A stretch of DNA of 64,000 nucleotides from an uncultured Verrucomicrobiae bacterium (GCA_963812605.1 CAWEWF010000014.1:224001-288000), one strand, 5' to 3'. Counted from the stretch's first letter, positions 18,695 through 30,209 are shown. The notes: generated from the letters alone by a model not told the origin. Numbers and translations: made by a program.

Positions 18695-20095
18695 ATGGAC
18701 GCGTTGACCCTTAAGGAATTGCGCGCGATCCCGCTCTTCGCCAGTTTATCGGGGGCGCAAGCGGGTTGCTTCGAGGCGGGGGAGATTGTCGAGGTTGAAG
18801 CCGGCAAGATCCTGGCGACGGAAGGCGAACTACTCGAATCCTTCTACGTGTTGCTGGAAGGCGAAATGCGCGCGAGCAGGAACTACAGCAACCAGGCGGT
18901 GCTGATGGGGGTCCTGAAGCCGGGAATGTTCATGGGTGAAATATCCCTCCTGCTCGACAGTCCCAATCTTGCGACCGTGCGGTCCTTGAAGCCCTGTCGG
19001 TTGTTTCGGCTGGGCAAGAATGAATTCTGGCAGATGTTGAGCACGTGCCCGTCGGTCGCGAGCGAGGTCTTCCGCACGATGGCGACCCGTGTGAAGAACA
19101 TGGAAGGTTATTCCCAGCAACGCGAGAAGCTTGCGTCGCTGGGCACGATGGCCGCCGGTCTCGCCCATGAGTTGAACAATCCCGCGACGGCGGCGCGCCG
19201 GGCCTCGGCCAATTTGCGGGAAGTCGTCGAAAATCTCCAATCGTTCGCGTGCGAACTCCATGAACTATTCCCGCCGGAACAATGGCCGCACCTCATTGAT
19301 GTTTCGCAGAGCGCCCTCGCGCGAGTTGGCAAATCCGAGCCGCTGGATTCGGTCACCCGCAGCGACCGCGAAGAAGAGGTCGCCACCTGGCTGGAGCAGC
19401 ACGGTGTGGCCGATGGGTGGAAACTTTCATCCGCATTTGTGGGCGTCGGTTTGGACACGAAGCAATTGGCGGCGCTGGCCGCGAAGCTTCCGGCCGGGGC
19501 CCTCCCGCCTGCGCTTGGTTGGCTGGAAGCCAGCCTGTCGTTGAACTCGTTGTTGAACGAAATCGACGGGAGCACGACGCGGATCGCCGAGCTGGTCAAA
19601 GCCGTCAAATCCTATTCCTACATGGACCAGACGCCGATGCAGGAAATCGACGTGCACGAGGGAATCGAGAACACATTGATTATGCTCGGGCACAAGCTCA
19701 AGAACGTAACGGTCACGCGCAAATACGACCGCGCGATTCCGCGCATCCTGGCTTACGGCGGCGAACTCAACCAGGTGTGGACCAATCTGCTCGACAACGC
19801 CATTGACGCGGTCAAAGGGACGGGAAAAATCTGTGTCGCCACCTTCCTGGACGACGACCAGTTGGTGGTGGAGATTGCCGACAATGGCAGCGGCATTCCT
19901 CCCGACGTGCAATCGCACATTTTCGAGCCGTTCTACACCACCAAGGGCGTCGGGTCGGGAACAGGCCTGGGACTGGTAATCAGCAATCGCATCGTGGCGA
20001 ACCGGCACGGCGGTGAAATCGAATTCGAATCCGGGCCGGGCGACACTCGCTTCAAAGTGCGTTTGCCAATCAAGCACGCCCCGCAATCGAGCTAA
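18695..20095 (+). CDS. cNMP-binding domain sensor histidine kinase
   Basis: N-terminal GE..L..ATV cNMP fold; AHELNNP, NLLDNA, DNG.GI, FYTTK, GTGLGL. Confidence 0.93.
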   Translation: MDALTLKELRAIPLFASLSGAQAGCFEAGEIVEVEAGKILATEGELLESFYVLLEGEMRASRNYSNQAVLMGVLKPGMFMGEISLLLDSPNLATVRSLKPCRLFRLGKNEFWQMLSTCPSVASEVFRTMATRVKNMEGYSQQREKLASLGTMAAGLAHELNNPATAARRASANLREVVENLQSFACELHELFPPEQWPHLIDVSQSALARVGKSEPLDSVTRSDREEEVATWLEQHGVADGWKLSSAFVGVGLDTKQLAALAAKLPAGALPPALGWLEASLSLNSLLNEIDGSTTRIAELVKAVKSYSYMDQTPMQEIDVHEGIENTLIMLGHKLKNVTVTRKYDRAIPRILAYGGELNQVWTNLLDNAIDAVKGTGKICVATFLDDDQLVVEIADNGSGIPPDVQSHIFEPFYTTKGVGSGTGLGLVISNRIVANRHGGEIEFESGPGDTRFKVRLPIKHAPQSS

Positions 20096-20136
20096 TGGCG
20101 GCGCCGAAAGGTTTACACCGACTCGCTTCGCATTGT

Positions 20137-20430
20137 TCAGTTGTTTGAGCCGCTCTCCAACTCTTGGGAAATTGGGAGGTATTTCTCACCCTGAGTTTCC
20201 TGACGAATAGACCGGCAATCATCGCAGAGACGTATTGTAGCGATGGTGTGTTGGTCAAACTTCGCATTCGCGACTTCGTAGTCATGGGCTGGGTTGTCTC
20301 CACAGACCGAACAGACTTCCGCGGTTCCGGCAAGTTCGATAACCTGCTTGGTCAGCGCGACCTGTTGTGGATTTATCTTCGCAAGCGCGACGAACCATTC
20401 GTTTGAATGTGGTGTGAAATATTTAGCCAT
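20137..20430 (-). CDS. Hypothetical protein with two CxxC pairs
   Basis: CSVC..CDDC; start at MAKYF, 25 nt after the upstream stop. Confidence 0.65.
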   Translation of the reverse strand: MAKYFTPHSNEWFVALAKINPQQVALTKQVIELAGTAEVCSVCGDNPAHDYEVANAKFDQHTIATIRLCDDCRSIRQETQGEKYLPISQELESGSNN

Positions 20431-20455
20431 GTAATTCCTAACTTGAAAACCCGGC

Positions 20456-21430
20456 TCATGCTTTCGCCATTGGAAGAGCCAAGGGCTCGAACTTGGGTTT
20501 TTCGAGTTTGAGCGGGTCCGCACCGTTCAAAACCAGAACAATGTTTTTCTGAATGTGGGAAACGTCATAATGAATTGTCTGATAAACTTCATGTCTTTCC
20601 TTCCAATCGCCAATATGCTGTTTGATCTCCTTCACCAAGTTTCTGTGCGCACGTTCAGTATGTGTGATGGCCTCTTCTAACGCGGTCTTACAAGTTGGGC
20701 TGGTGACATAGTCCATTAGGCGTTTTGCGGCAGCTTCCTTGGCGGCGGCGTCAAGCCGCTGCTTCGCCATTGTGACAAGGCTTTCCCGGCAAATGCGGGC
20801 AAGGGTAAGAACACCGGCCTGAGCAACAATGAATACGCCTGACTCTTGATCTAAACCGGAGAAGCCCTTCCGCGTGCCTGTGGTAACAAGAATGCCGTAG
20901 TCGGCGTGGCGCGTTTTCTTCGCAAGCGCAGTCTGTTGTATATGGTCAGCAGCGATGCGGTCATAGTGCTTACACTCATAGACGAGACAGCCGGCATCTT
21001 CTTCGTTGAATTCCACGAAATGAAGAACATCACCACCCTTGCCCGTATGTCGAATCGTATCGTTGCAGAACTCCTTCTCTAAGCGTCTGACCAGGACATG
21101 CTCGTCGGCCAAACCAATTTCTTGAGGCGTCGTGCCTTTCTCTAACATCTTCAGCTTATCTTGCAATTTTTTAATCTTGGCAACTTGTCCTTTCATAAGG
21201 CGCTCAGAGCGCCCACGCTCCGTAAGCGCCGCTTGCCTTTTGGCATTTTGGACATCCAGTTTTGCCTTCGACTTAGCTTCTGTCACCTTTGCTTTTGCGG
21301 CTGCGGCAAGCTTCCGCAATCTCTCTAACTCGCCCTTTTGGACCCTCTTCTCTTTCTCCTGAATTTTGATGACCTTATGATAATGGTCTTCTGATAAAGG
21401 ACTATTGCAGAGTGGGCATTTGTATTTCAT
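20456..21430 (-). CDS. DUF2130-like coiled-coil protein with PD-(D/E)xK-like domain
   Basis: N-terminal CPLC, Lys/Ala coiled coil, E..L...F..D.I...GKGGDVL..YECK. Confidence 0.78.
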   Translation of the reverse strand: MKYKCPLCNSPLSEDHYHKVIKIQEKEKRVQKGELERLRKLAAAAKAKVTEAKSKAKLDVQNAKRQAALTERGRSERLMKGQVAKIKKLQDKLKMLEKGTTPQEIGLADEHVLVRRLEKEFCNDTIRHTGKGGDVLHFVEFNEEDAGCLVYECKHYDRIAADHIQQTALAKKTRHADYGILVTTGTRKGFSGLDQESGVFIVAQAGVLTLARICRESLVTMAKQRLDAAAKEAAAKRLMDYVTSPTCKTALEEAITHTERAHRNLVKEIKQHIGDWKERHEVYQTIHYDVSHIQKNIVLVLNGADPLKLEKPKFEPLALPMAKA

Positions 21431-21602
21431 AGGCGCTCCGACATTGCCAATCTGGGTTGATTCAAAATCTCTTAGTTCCGGTCATGCGACGTGTGCTGGG
21501 ATCAAAATCATCTCTTCAGAGTCGGGTGATTTTACACTCTACAACCCGAATATTTATGGCCTTCGGTGAAACAACTTCCGAAGTAGCGGACCTATTGACG
21601 AA

Positions 21603-23786
21603 TCATCTTTGAATTGTTGCCTTCCAGGTGCCCTGCGCCTGCCCGCCGGGTAGGGTTTCCCAAAACCAGGTAACCGTCCCCTCCACCTTATCCCCGTCAA
21701 TGGAGCCCTCATAGTTGGCCGTCAACCCCGCGCTCACGCCAACCTGGTCGACACGAGTAAGAAGAATCTTGCTCCCGTCGAGCTGTTTGATTTTGATTGT
21801 TGCCTTCGCGCCGCCGTACCAAACAGCGTCGAAATCTTGCGCGGCTTCGTTCCAGGCCCATTGTCCACAATGCGTCCCCTCGCACTCGGCCCAGGTCTTC
21901 ATTACCGAGCTTGCGGCGGTTGACGCTGGGGGTGCGGGTGCGTATGAGCGGGTGTGGGAACAGGAGCGGGAGTGGGAGTGGCGGAAATCTCGGCACGGTT
22001 TGGCTGCCGGGCTTGCTCAAGTTTTTGCAAGGCATCAGTTGCGGCAGCGATGATGTTGCTGATTTTTTGGATCTGATCAGGCTGATCGGTTGCGTATACG
22101 TCCCCGCGGTAAGCTGAAAGTCTGGTTCCCACGGGCGCGTCTTTATCGGCAACAGGCCTGGAGACGATGGACAATTGCCACTGGTTGCCTGTCCGGATCG
22201 CCTGGATTTGGCCGGAATAGGTACACCGATGTCCCTTCGATGTTGACACCTTGAGCAGAAGTTTTCCCTGCAAATCCGCCAACGGGCCGGAGATTCCGGC
22301 CACTTCTCGGAGGTGATTGGCGCCCGGCCCGGAGAGAAGGCCGCGAACCTTGCGGAACACCATCGGGTCCGCGCCTTGTTGCTGCATATACTGATCTGCG
22401 GAAATCGGGGCGTAGTATGGCTCGGTCAATTCCGCGACTGCCGTGAAGCCCAGCAGCACGCTCATGCTGGAAGATGCAGTCGCGGCAGGGGCGGAGCCCG
22501 ACGCGCTTAGCGCGGGTGCGGCCCCGGTTTTTGTGAAAATGACCGTCTCCGGACCAAATGTTTCCGGTCGGGCGCCCTCGTTCGAAGGTTTGGCGTCCAT
22601 TTTGAATTTACCGGCCGAGATTGGCTGGAGAATGCCCTGGAAGGTAATGCCATTGAAATTGGCGTCCTGAAAATCCTTGATATCGATCTGCCAGATTGAG
22701 CCGGCACTGCGAAGTGAATACCTGGCTTGAAGGCCCGACGGATAGGACAGGCGGAAAGTAGGGTCATTCGCAATCCAGGCCACCGAACCATCCCTTTGAA
22801 AAACATAGGTAACCGCAGGTTCCGTCGCCAGCCGTACCGGACCATTGCCCGACCAGATCCAACCCTTGCGAGTCGCCGCCGGATGACGAGACGAGTTTCG
22901 TCGAAACATCGACGAGATGTTGCCCCGACTTTTTCAACTGCTCTTCCAGGACCTGGCGTACCTGGGCTTTGCTCGGTGTTCGGTTCATGTAATTGTAAGC
23001 CCACCAGCCAAGGGCCGAGAGCGCCGCGACGCCGACAGCCCCGGCCAGGGCCAGCTTCGTGTTGCGGCTCATGGGCTGGCGCGGAACATGGGGCTTGGGA
23101 GCCTGGGCCATGACAACATCGGGCGCGGGCGGCGGCGCCCAGGAACCGACGCCAGTGGGCTGCGAAGATGGAGGCGGCGCTGGAGGGGTCCAACCGCCAA
23201 CAACTGCCCCCGGCGGTGGCGGCGGTGGAGGTGGTACAAACACTGGCGTTTGTGGCTGACCCGCGCCTTGCGGTGCGCCGGCCTGTTTGAGTTGGAAGGC
23301 GGAGAGTCCCGTACCGGCCAGCAACGAGAGACAGGTCAGCATGAAACCGGTGACGTACTCAACCGTCAGTATCCCCTGGCCTTGTTTTACGATGTCGGCG
23401 TCAAAGCGGCTCTTGGCCATGAGCATGCAAACGAATCCGGCGGCCCCGGCAATCGCCGGCAGCAATCGGCCGGTCTTGCCGGGAACGAAACACAGCCCAA
23501 GCCCGGCAACGGCGCAGATCAACGTCAGGACAATGGTCGGTTCACTGTCAACTTTCTGTGGTTGCTCCTGTCCCTGGTCCGCGAGGGCCGACAACGCGCC
23601 GCCCAGCGCATTGCCCAACGCGTTATCGGGCTGGATTTTTGTGCCCGTCACCAGTTGGATCCCGGTCAAGGTGACCATCTTGCGGCCACTACAGGATATC
23701 TGGATGAACGGCAAGGCAAAGCAAATGATCGCGATGGCGAACGGGGCCATTCGGATGTAGCGCGTTTTCGTTTCGATAGGATTCAT
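21603..23786 (-). CDS. Large membrane-anchored protein with Pro-rich linkers (three ORFs probably joined across two indels)
   Basis: ORFs 22764-23801, 21902-22909 and 21603-21902 read continuously across shifts near 22815 (GTAGDGT|AVTYVF) and 21940 (PT linker). Confidence 0.6.
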
Positions 23787-23840
23787 GTTCGTGGACCTCA
23801 ATTGGGTTGTGGCAAATGACGCTTCGTTTGATCTCCCGCA

Positions 23841-24756
23841 TTAACCAAGCACACCGTTCATATAACTGTTCAGGATTGCCGAACCGACCAGCTTGCAGAG
23901 AAAGCCGGTCACGATCAGGATCGCCCGGCACGGCAATCGTCGCCAGTTGCTCCGTGATCTTTGAGATTCGCACCAGCCCTGTGAACAGCATCAGCACCAG
24001 CAGGCAGAACGCGAACACCCCGAAGAACCCGACGATGTTCATGTTTCCCGCCCCGAGAATGAACTCAAGTAGTGCCATGAATGACAGCGGCAGCGTTGCC
24101 GCCCCGGCAATAAAGCTATCGTGGCCGAACGAGCCTTGTCCGCGCATCGACATCCTGGCCAGGATGGTCGTGCCAAAAAGGCCGGCGAACGGCATGACGG
24201 AAATCAGCAAGGCCTTCATGAAAAAGCTGAAGTCGTGCGGAACTGAGAATCCGCCGATGTTGCTGGTCAGGCGATAAATCGCCAACAGCACGGAGAGCGC
24301 GAACACCGCGCCGAAGGTGAGGCCCACGCCCAAAGCGCGCGTCGGCCCCAGGGTTTCGAACGCCGTGGACAAGCCGCCGACCGGATTGGTGGCGAATATT
24401 TTGAAAGCCGCCAGCGCATCCTGTGACGCGGCCTTGACTTTCTCGGCTGCGGCGGCTGCCTGGTGGCCCCCGGCGCTGGGTGCGCCACAACTCGGACAGA
24501 AGCTTGCGTTGCCCGCCAGCCGCGTCCCACATTTCGGACAGAACTGCGCCGCCGCGGCGGGAGCGCCACTCGGAATGGCAACTGGAGCGCCTGCCGCTGG
24601 TCCGCTGTAGGCTGATAACGGTTGCCATTGACTACCACCCTCGTGGATGACCATCGGGTCAGGCTTTACGACCCCATCTCGAATCAGGGTTTGCAGGGCC
24701 TCGAGTGTGACCGGGCCCGCGGTTTGATTCCTGGCATCGGTGTAGTAATAATTCAT
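23841..24756 (-). CDS. GYF_2 (DUF4339) + zinc ribbon + multi-TM protein
   Basis: YYY....Q.AGPV..E.L..L..W.PL; CPKC..CPSC; five TMs; aaggag RBS; indel near 23925. Confidence 0.8.
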
Positions 24757-24777
24757 CGTATCTCCTTGGGTTGGTTG

Positions 24778-24793
24778 TGCAAGGTGCCTGCCA
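24778..24793 (-). promoter_or_regulatory. sigma54 promoter
   Basis: TGGCAGG-CACC-TTGCA with exact -24/-12 spacing, 21 nt upstream of ATG. Confidence 0.65.
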
Positions 24794-24994
24794 TCCGGGA
24801 CCCTGAAGCTGGGAAAACCGACAGGTCGTCGGCGCGCCAACGTTTCTTTGAAAGGCTCTGTTTCGTATTCACATCTACCTGTACGGTTGGCTGCGAAGTA
24901 TCTTGCAGAGCGACCCGCTTCTCCCGAGCAGCACCTCTTTTACCTTCTTCCCCTCGAACAGGTCAATCATTTCCCATTTGCCTATGGGGCCTTA

Positions 24995-25010
24995 CACAAG
25001 GAGTGACAAC
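24995..25010 (+). repeat. Boundary motif copy C
   Basis: cacaaggagtgacaac, 15/16 identical to 36001-36016. Confidence 0.6.
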
Positions 25011-25047
25011 GTTTCTGGCAAGGACTACCGCGACGAGAGGTGACGAT

Positions 25048-26346
25048 TTATGGTGTCGCGCCGATCTCGAAGGCCAAAACAGCACGCTGAATTTCGTACT
25101 CGTACTTGGCGCTGGTGTGAGCGATTGCGGCTTCGGTCTTGTTGAGTTGCGCCTGGCTGAGTTCCACGATGGAACTACTGCCCAATTTGTAGCGCGCCTC
25201 GGCGAGGTCGTACGCATGACTGGCGTTGTCGAAAAGCTTTTGAGTCAGGTCGAGCCTTTCCCAGGCGTAATTCACATTCAGACCCGCCGCGCGCACGTCA
25301 TGAATCGCCGTGTTCTCGGCGTCCCGTAGTTTTTCCGCTGCCGCCTGGGCGCGCAACTCAGCTTCCGAGCGCTTTGCGGAATTCAGGCCACCGTCAAAGA
25401 TCGGCAGGCTCAGATTAACACCGGCGGCGGCGTATCGATCGTCAAAATGAGCCGTGTCGCGCACGGGAATAAGACCGCCGCTTCCGAACGCGTTGATGGT
25501 TGGATAGCTTAGGGCTTTTTGCGCCCCGGCGTATTGCGCGGCCGCTTCGCGCTCGAGTCGCAGGCGAGCCAGGTCTGGTCGCCTTGACAACGCCACGTCA
25601 ACCAGGGATGAGGCATCCGTAGGCGCCGTGATCAACATCGGTTCTTCGATTAGCCGATACGCCCGCTTTTCCCGGTCTCCCAGCAGCGTCGAGAGGACGG
25701 CAAACGCCTCTTCCAAATCATTCTGCGCCTTGGCGACCAGCAGGTTGCCCTCTTCGTAGGCCACCTGGGAAAAGCTGAGGTCGAGTTCGGATCGGAGTTT
25801 ATTTGTGGCCAACGCGGCAACCTGATCCAGAAGCAATTTTCGCGTGTCCAGGGTTTGACGGGCGACATCCAGCACGGATTGCGCTTTCAGCGCTGTAAAA
25901 AAGGCCACCTCCACTTGTAGCAGTATTTCCTCACGCGTTGCCTCGGCATTGGCATTTTGTGCGCGTGAATAGAACCGGGAACTATTCAGCAGATGCGCGG
26001 TTCGCCCAAAATCCGTCAACATCTGCGTGACCGTAAGTCCCTCCGCTTCGCGATCAAAAACGGAAGGGTTATTCAAGCTGCCCGCCGCCAGGCGCGTGTT
26101 CCCTTCGAAAGCATCGACCGCCGTGGCGTTCAACGTCACATTCGGCAGGAACCCGGCGCGGACCTGCGTTACCACCTGCTGGGAGGCGAGCGCTTCCAGT
26201 TCGGCCTCGGAAATCCGGGGATGATTGCGAAGCGTGATCTCCTGTGCTTCTTTCAAAGTCAAAGGGTGCGCTTCCTCGGCGCACATTGGGCGAAGACCCA
26301 ACCCGAAGAAGCAGAGCAACGTTAGCCAGACGCAGGCTTTATTCAC
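25048..26346 (-). CDS. TolC-family outer membrane efflux protein
   Basis: Signal peptide, RPDL, LSLPIFDGG, RYKLG.SS.VEL. Confidence 0.92.
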   Translation of the reverse strand: MNKACVWLTLLCFFGLGLRPMCAEEAHPLTLKEAQEITLRNHPRISEAELEALASQQVVTQVRAGFLPNVTLNATAVDAFEGNTRLAAGSLNNPSVFDREAEGLTVTQMLTDFGRTAHLLNSSRFYSRAQNANAEATREEILLQVEVAFFTALKAQSVLDVARQTLDTRKLLLDQVAALATNKLRSELDLSFSQVAYEEGNLLVAKAQNDLEEAFAVLSTLLGDREKRAYRLIEEPMLITAPTDASSLVDVALSRRPDLARLRLEREAAAQYAGAQKALSYPTINAFGSGGLIPVRDTAHFDDRYAAAGVNLSLPIFDGGLNSAKRSEAELRAQAAAEKLRDAENTAIHDVRAAGLNVNYAWERLDLTQKLFDNASHAYDLAEARYKLGSSSIVELSQAQLNKTEAAIAHTSAKYEYEIQRAVLAFEIGATP

Positions 26347-29300
26347 GCCAACTCCCTGTTCGGTGCGACACCGGCAGCTTTCCGTCGATAAACCAGCAGG
26401 TAGGCCGCCGGTACAATGAACACCGTGAGGACAACGGATACGGCAAGACCGCCGATGATCGCCCGGGCCAGCGGCGCGTACGCTTCGCTGCCGGTACCGA
26501 GCTTGGCCGCCATCGGAATCAGGCCGATCAGCGTGGCCAGGGAAGTCATCAACACGGGCCGCAGCCGTACGCGGCAGGCCAGCACCGCTGCTTCCTTGAG
26601 CGGACGGCCCTCGGCGCGCAGACGGTTGGTGAATTCGACAATCAAAATGCTGTTGGACACCACGATACCCACCATCATGATTACGCCCATCAGCGACATC
26701 ACATTCAGCGTGGTGCCGGTGATGAACAGGAAGACAATCACACCGGTCAGGCCGGTGGGCACCGCCAGCAGGATCAAGAGCGGATCCACCCAGGATTGGA
26801 ATTGAGCGACGAGGATCAGGTAGACCAGCAACGTGGACAGAATCAGTCCCAGACCAAAGCTCTGGAACGATGCACGCATGGCCTCCACGGAACCGCGCAC
26901 GGTGACGGTCATGTTTTCCGGCAACCCGATCTGGCCAATGATCTTCTGGACGCCGGCATAGATGCGGCCCAAGTCTTCGCCCGACGGCGCAACATACACG
27001 TCAATGGTGCGTCGTATCTGATAGTGGTCGACTTCGGTGGGACGCGGTGACGTGGGAAATCCGCACCACGGAATCCAGCCGCGTGGGTTGCTTCAAGTTC
27101 GCCGCACGCAGCGGCATCGAACCGAGATCGGCAAGGTTCTTCACGGTGTCCTCTGGATATTCGACAGTCAACAGGTAGTTGTTGCCTGTCTTCGGATCGA
27201 TCCAGTAACTCGGAGCGATCATTCCGTCTGACGTCAGCGCGGTAATGAGGCTGTCCACAACTTCTTTGGCGCTGAGCCCGAGTTCGCTGGCGCGCTCGCG
27301 ATCGATGCTCAGTTTCAGGGCCGGATAATCCACGTCCTGCGGCACGAGCACATCGCTGACCCCGGGCAATCGGCGCACCTGTTGCGCGATCTTGTTGGCG
27401 ATGTCGTGGGCGCCCTTCATGTCCATGCTGCTGACCTGAATATCGAGCGGCGCGGGCATTCCCAGATTCAAGATGGCGTCCACCAGCCCGCCGGTTTGGA
27501 AATAGGCGCTTACCTGTGGCAGGTCGCGTTCCAGACGGGCCCGCACAAGGTTCATGTAGGCAAAGCTGCTGAGGCGATGGCTGTCGTTCAGCCCCACTTG
27601 TACGAACGCGGTGTGGGGACCCGAGTTGGGAGTGAAGATGGCAGAAAAGCCCGGCGTCACGCCGATGTTGGAGACGATGATTTTGAGGTCCTGCCTGGGA
27701 ACAACGTCCCGCACAATGTCCTCGACCTGGCCGACGAGTTTGTCCGTCAGTTCAATCCGCGTTCCGGAGGGCGCCTTGAGGTTGATGACGAATTGGCCGG
27801 GGTCGGTGCGCGGGAAGTAGGCCTTGCCGACAAACGGATAAAGCGCCAGGCTGAGTCACGAAAATGCCGATGATGCCGAGGACGGTCGCCAACGGTCGCA
27901 GCAACGCGATATTCAGAGAACCTTCGTAGCGATCGAGCATTCGGGTGAACCAGCGATTGAACCCGGCATTGAACTTCTGACCCCACGTTTCCGGCTCCGG
28001 CGTGTTCGCCTGTGCCGTCGTGTGCGCGTGCCCCTTGATCAATCTCGCGCAGAACAGCGGCACGACCGTCATCGCCACGAAATACGAGGCGAACAACGAC
28101 AGCACGACCGATAATGCCAGCGCCGTAAACAGAAACCGGCTGACGCCGTAGAGGAACAGCACAGGGAAGAAAACCACGACCGTCGTGAGCGTCGCCGCCA
28201 ATACGGCCAACTCAACTTCTTTGCCGCCTTTTTCCGCGGCGACTTCCGGCGGCTCGCCCATTTCCAAGTGGCGGAAGATATTTTCCAGCACAATCACGGA
28301 GTTATCGATCAGCCGGGAGAAGACCAGTGCCAGACCGCCCAGGATCATCGCGTTGATGGTGTTGCCGCCCAGGGCCAGCGCAATGAACGCGGCCAGCGCG
28401 GACAGCGGAATGGACAAGAACACCGCAGCGGTGGCCCGCATACTGCCGAGGAAGATGAGGATCATCACGCCGGTAAGCACCAGGCCGATGGCGCCCTCGT
28501 GAATCAATGTCTCGATGGCGGTGCGGACGAACACCGATTGGTCAAACACGACCTCGGTGACGAGCCGCTTGGGCACGTCGAGCAATTTGGCGACACGGGA
28601 CCGGACGCCGTCGACCACGGCAATCGTGTTGGCGTCGCCGCCCATCTTCATGACCGGCAGATACACCGAGTGCTGGCTGTTGACGCGGACAATGTTGTAT
28701 TGGATTTGCGAGGCATCTTGGGCTTTGCCGACATCGGCGACCAACACGGATGCGTTCCCGACGGTTTTCAGCGGGACCTGATTGAGGTCCTGCATCGCGT
28801 TGATTTGGCTGTCGGCATAGACGTTGTAATCATACGGCCCGATCTTCACGTCACCCGCCGGCAAGATCAGGTTGGCTTCATTTACCGTCCGGACGACATC
28901 CATCACGCTCAACTGGTGCGCCTCAAGCTTGAGCGGATCCACGTAGACCATGATCTGGCGGTACCGGCCGCCGAAGGCCGGCGGCACGGATGCGCCGGGC
29001 ACGCCGGCCATCTGGTTGCGCACGGTGAACTGGCCGAGGTCCCGCAGTTGGGCCTCGGTCAGTCCCTGGCCCTTCAAGGTGACGAGGCATACCGGCAGGC
29101 TCGAGGCGTCAAACTTCATTACTACCGGCGGCAGCGTACCCGGCGGAAGATAGCGCAGACTGGCCATGGCGAGATTGGCAATGCTGGTGACATCGGAATC
29201 CGGATTGGAGCCAGGTTGAAAATACACCTTGATAAGACTGACACCCGTCAAGGAGCGCGACTCCATATGGTCGATGCCGGAGGCCAGCGTGAACATCCGC

Positions 29301-29497
29301 TCGAACTGGCCGGTGATGTCGTTCTCGATCTGCTCGGGAGCCATCCCGGAATAAAACGTGGCGACGACCACGACGGGAATCCGTATCGCCGGAAACAGAT
29401 CGACGGGCATGCGTCCCACGCTCGTCACGCCTACCACGCAGGTGATCAGGCAGAGTACGATAATCAGATACGGGTATCGGAGTGCAAAACGTGACAT
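26343..29497 (-). CDS. RND efflux permease (two apparent frameshifts)
   Basis: MPVDLFP, IDNSVIVLENI.R, GIVVSNSIL.VE, RLRPVLMT; shifts near 27855 and 27045. Confidence 0.9.
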
Positions 29498-29513
29498 GGC
29501 GAGAATTGGTTCC

Positions 29514-30209
29514 TTACGGACGCTGTTTTCTGACGCCGGCCCGAAGTTTTTCGATGGAAAATTCCGGTGACTGACACAGTTGGATGAGTGCCTGCTCCTT
29601 CGCGGCGATTTCCGCGGCCACCGGTGGAATCCGGGCGGCAATATCCTCCGGGATGGATTGAACCCCGTGCTGGTCACCGTGCAGCAAATCTCCGGACTGG
29701 ATCTTCAGTCCGCCGATCTCAACCGGCGTGCCGATTTCGACGATGTGAACGTAGGCATGCGAAACCGAGAGGCTACCGGCGAAAAGTTGGAAGCCAAGTT
29801 CTTCGGCGGCTGGTATCGCCCGCACCGCGCCATTGGTAACGGCGCCGATACAACCGAGCGCGCGCAGAATATTGACGTGCACCGCGCCGAGCAATGATGC
29901 GAGGCCGGGCCGAGTGGCTATGTCCTGCACCACCACCACTCGCGGCGCGGGGACTGAGACGACGTAGTCCCACCAGTCGGTCCGGTCCATGTAGGTGTCA
30001 CCAGCCACTGGTGGCCCTGATCCCCGAATCTTTACCGTAACAGCGTAGCCGGCGATCGGCGGAAGGTGCGGAAACAGGCAGCGTATACTGCCATCTGCAA
30101 ATCCCTCGTTGCGCAGGCGTTCTTGAAAGGTCTCGATGGCATTGGCCAGGGTGCAAGCGTCCAGCCGACGCAAGGCCTCCAGTTGCTCGGGTGTCAGGGG
30201 TATTTTCAT
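29514..30209 (-). CDS. RraA / HMG aldolase family protein
   Basis: GYAVT, G.VTNGAVR, GDLLHGD.HGV..IP. Confidence 0.9.
   Translation of the reverse strand: MKIPLTPEQLEALRRLDACTLANAIETFQERLRNEGFADGSIRCLFPHLPPIAGYAVTVKIRGSGPPVAGDTYMDRTDWWDYVVSVPAPRVVVVQDIATRPGLASLLGAVHVNILRALGCIGAVTNGAVRAIPAAEELGFQLFAGSLSVSHAYVHIVEIGTPVEIGGLKIQSGDLLHGDQHGVQSIPEDIAARIPPVAAEIAAKEQALIQLCQSPEFSIEKLRAGVRKQRP

Noticed and set aside
26343-29497. Split RND, GH31 and sulfatase-fold genes as pseudogenes or programmed frameshifts
   Set aside because: The same indel pattern hits gatA and no consistent slippery motif is evident; sequencing error is more likely.
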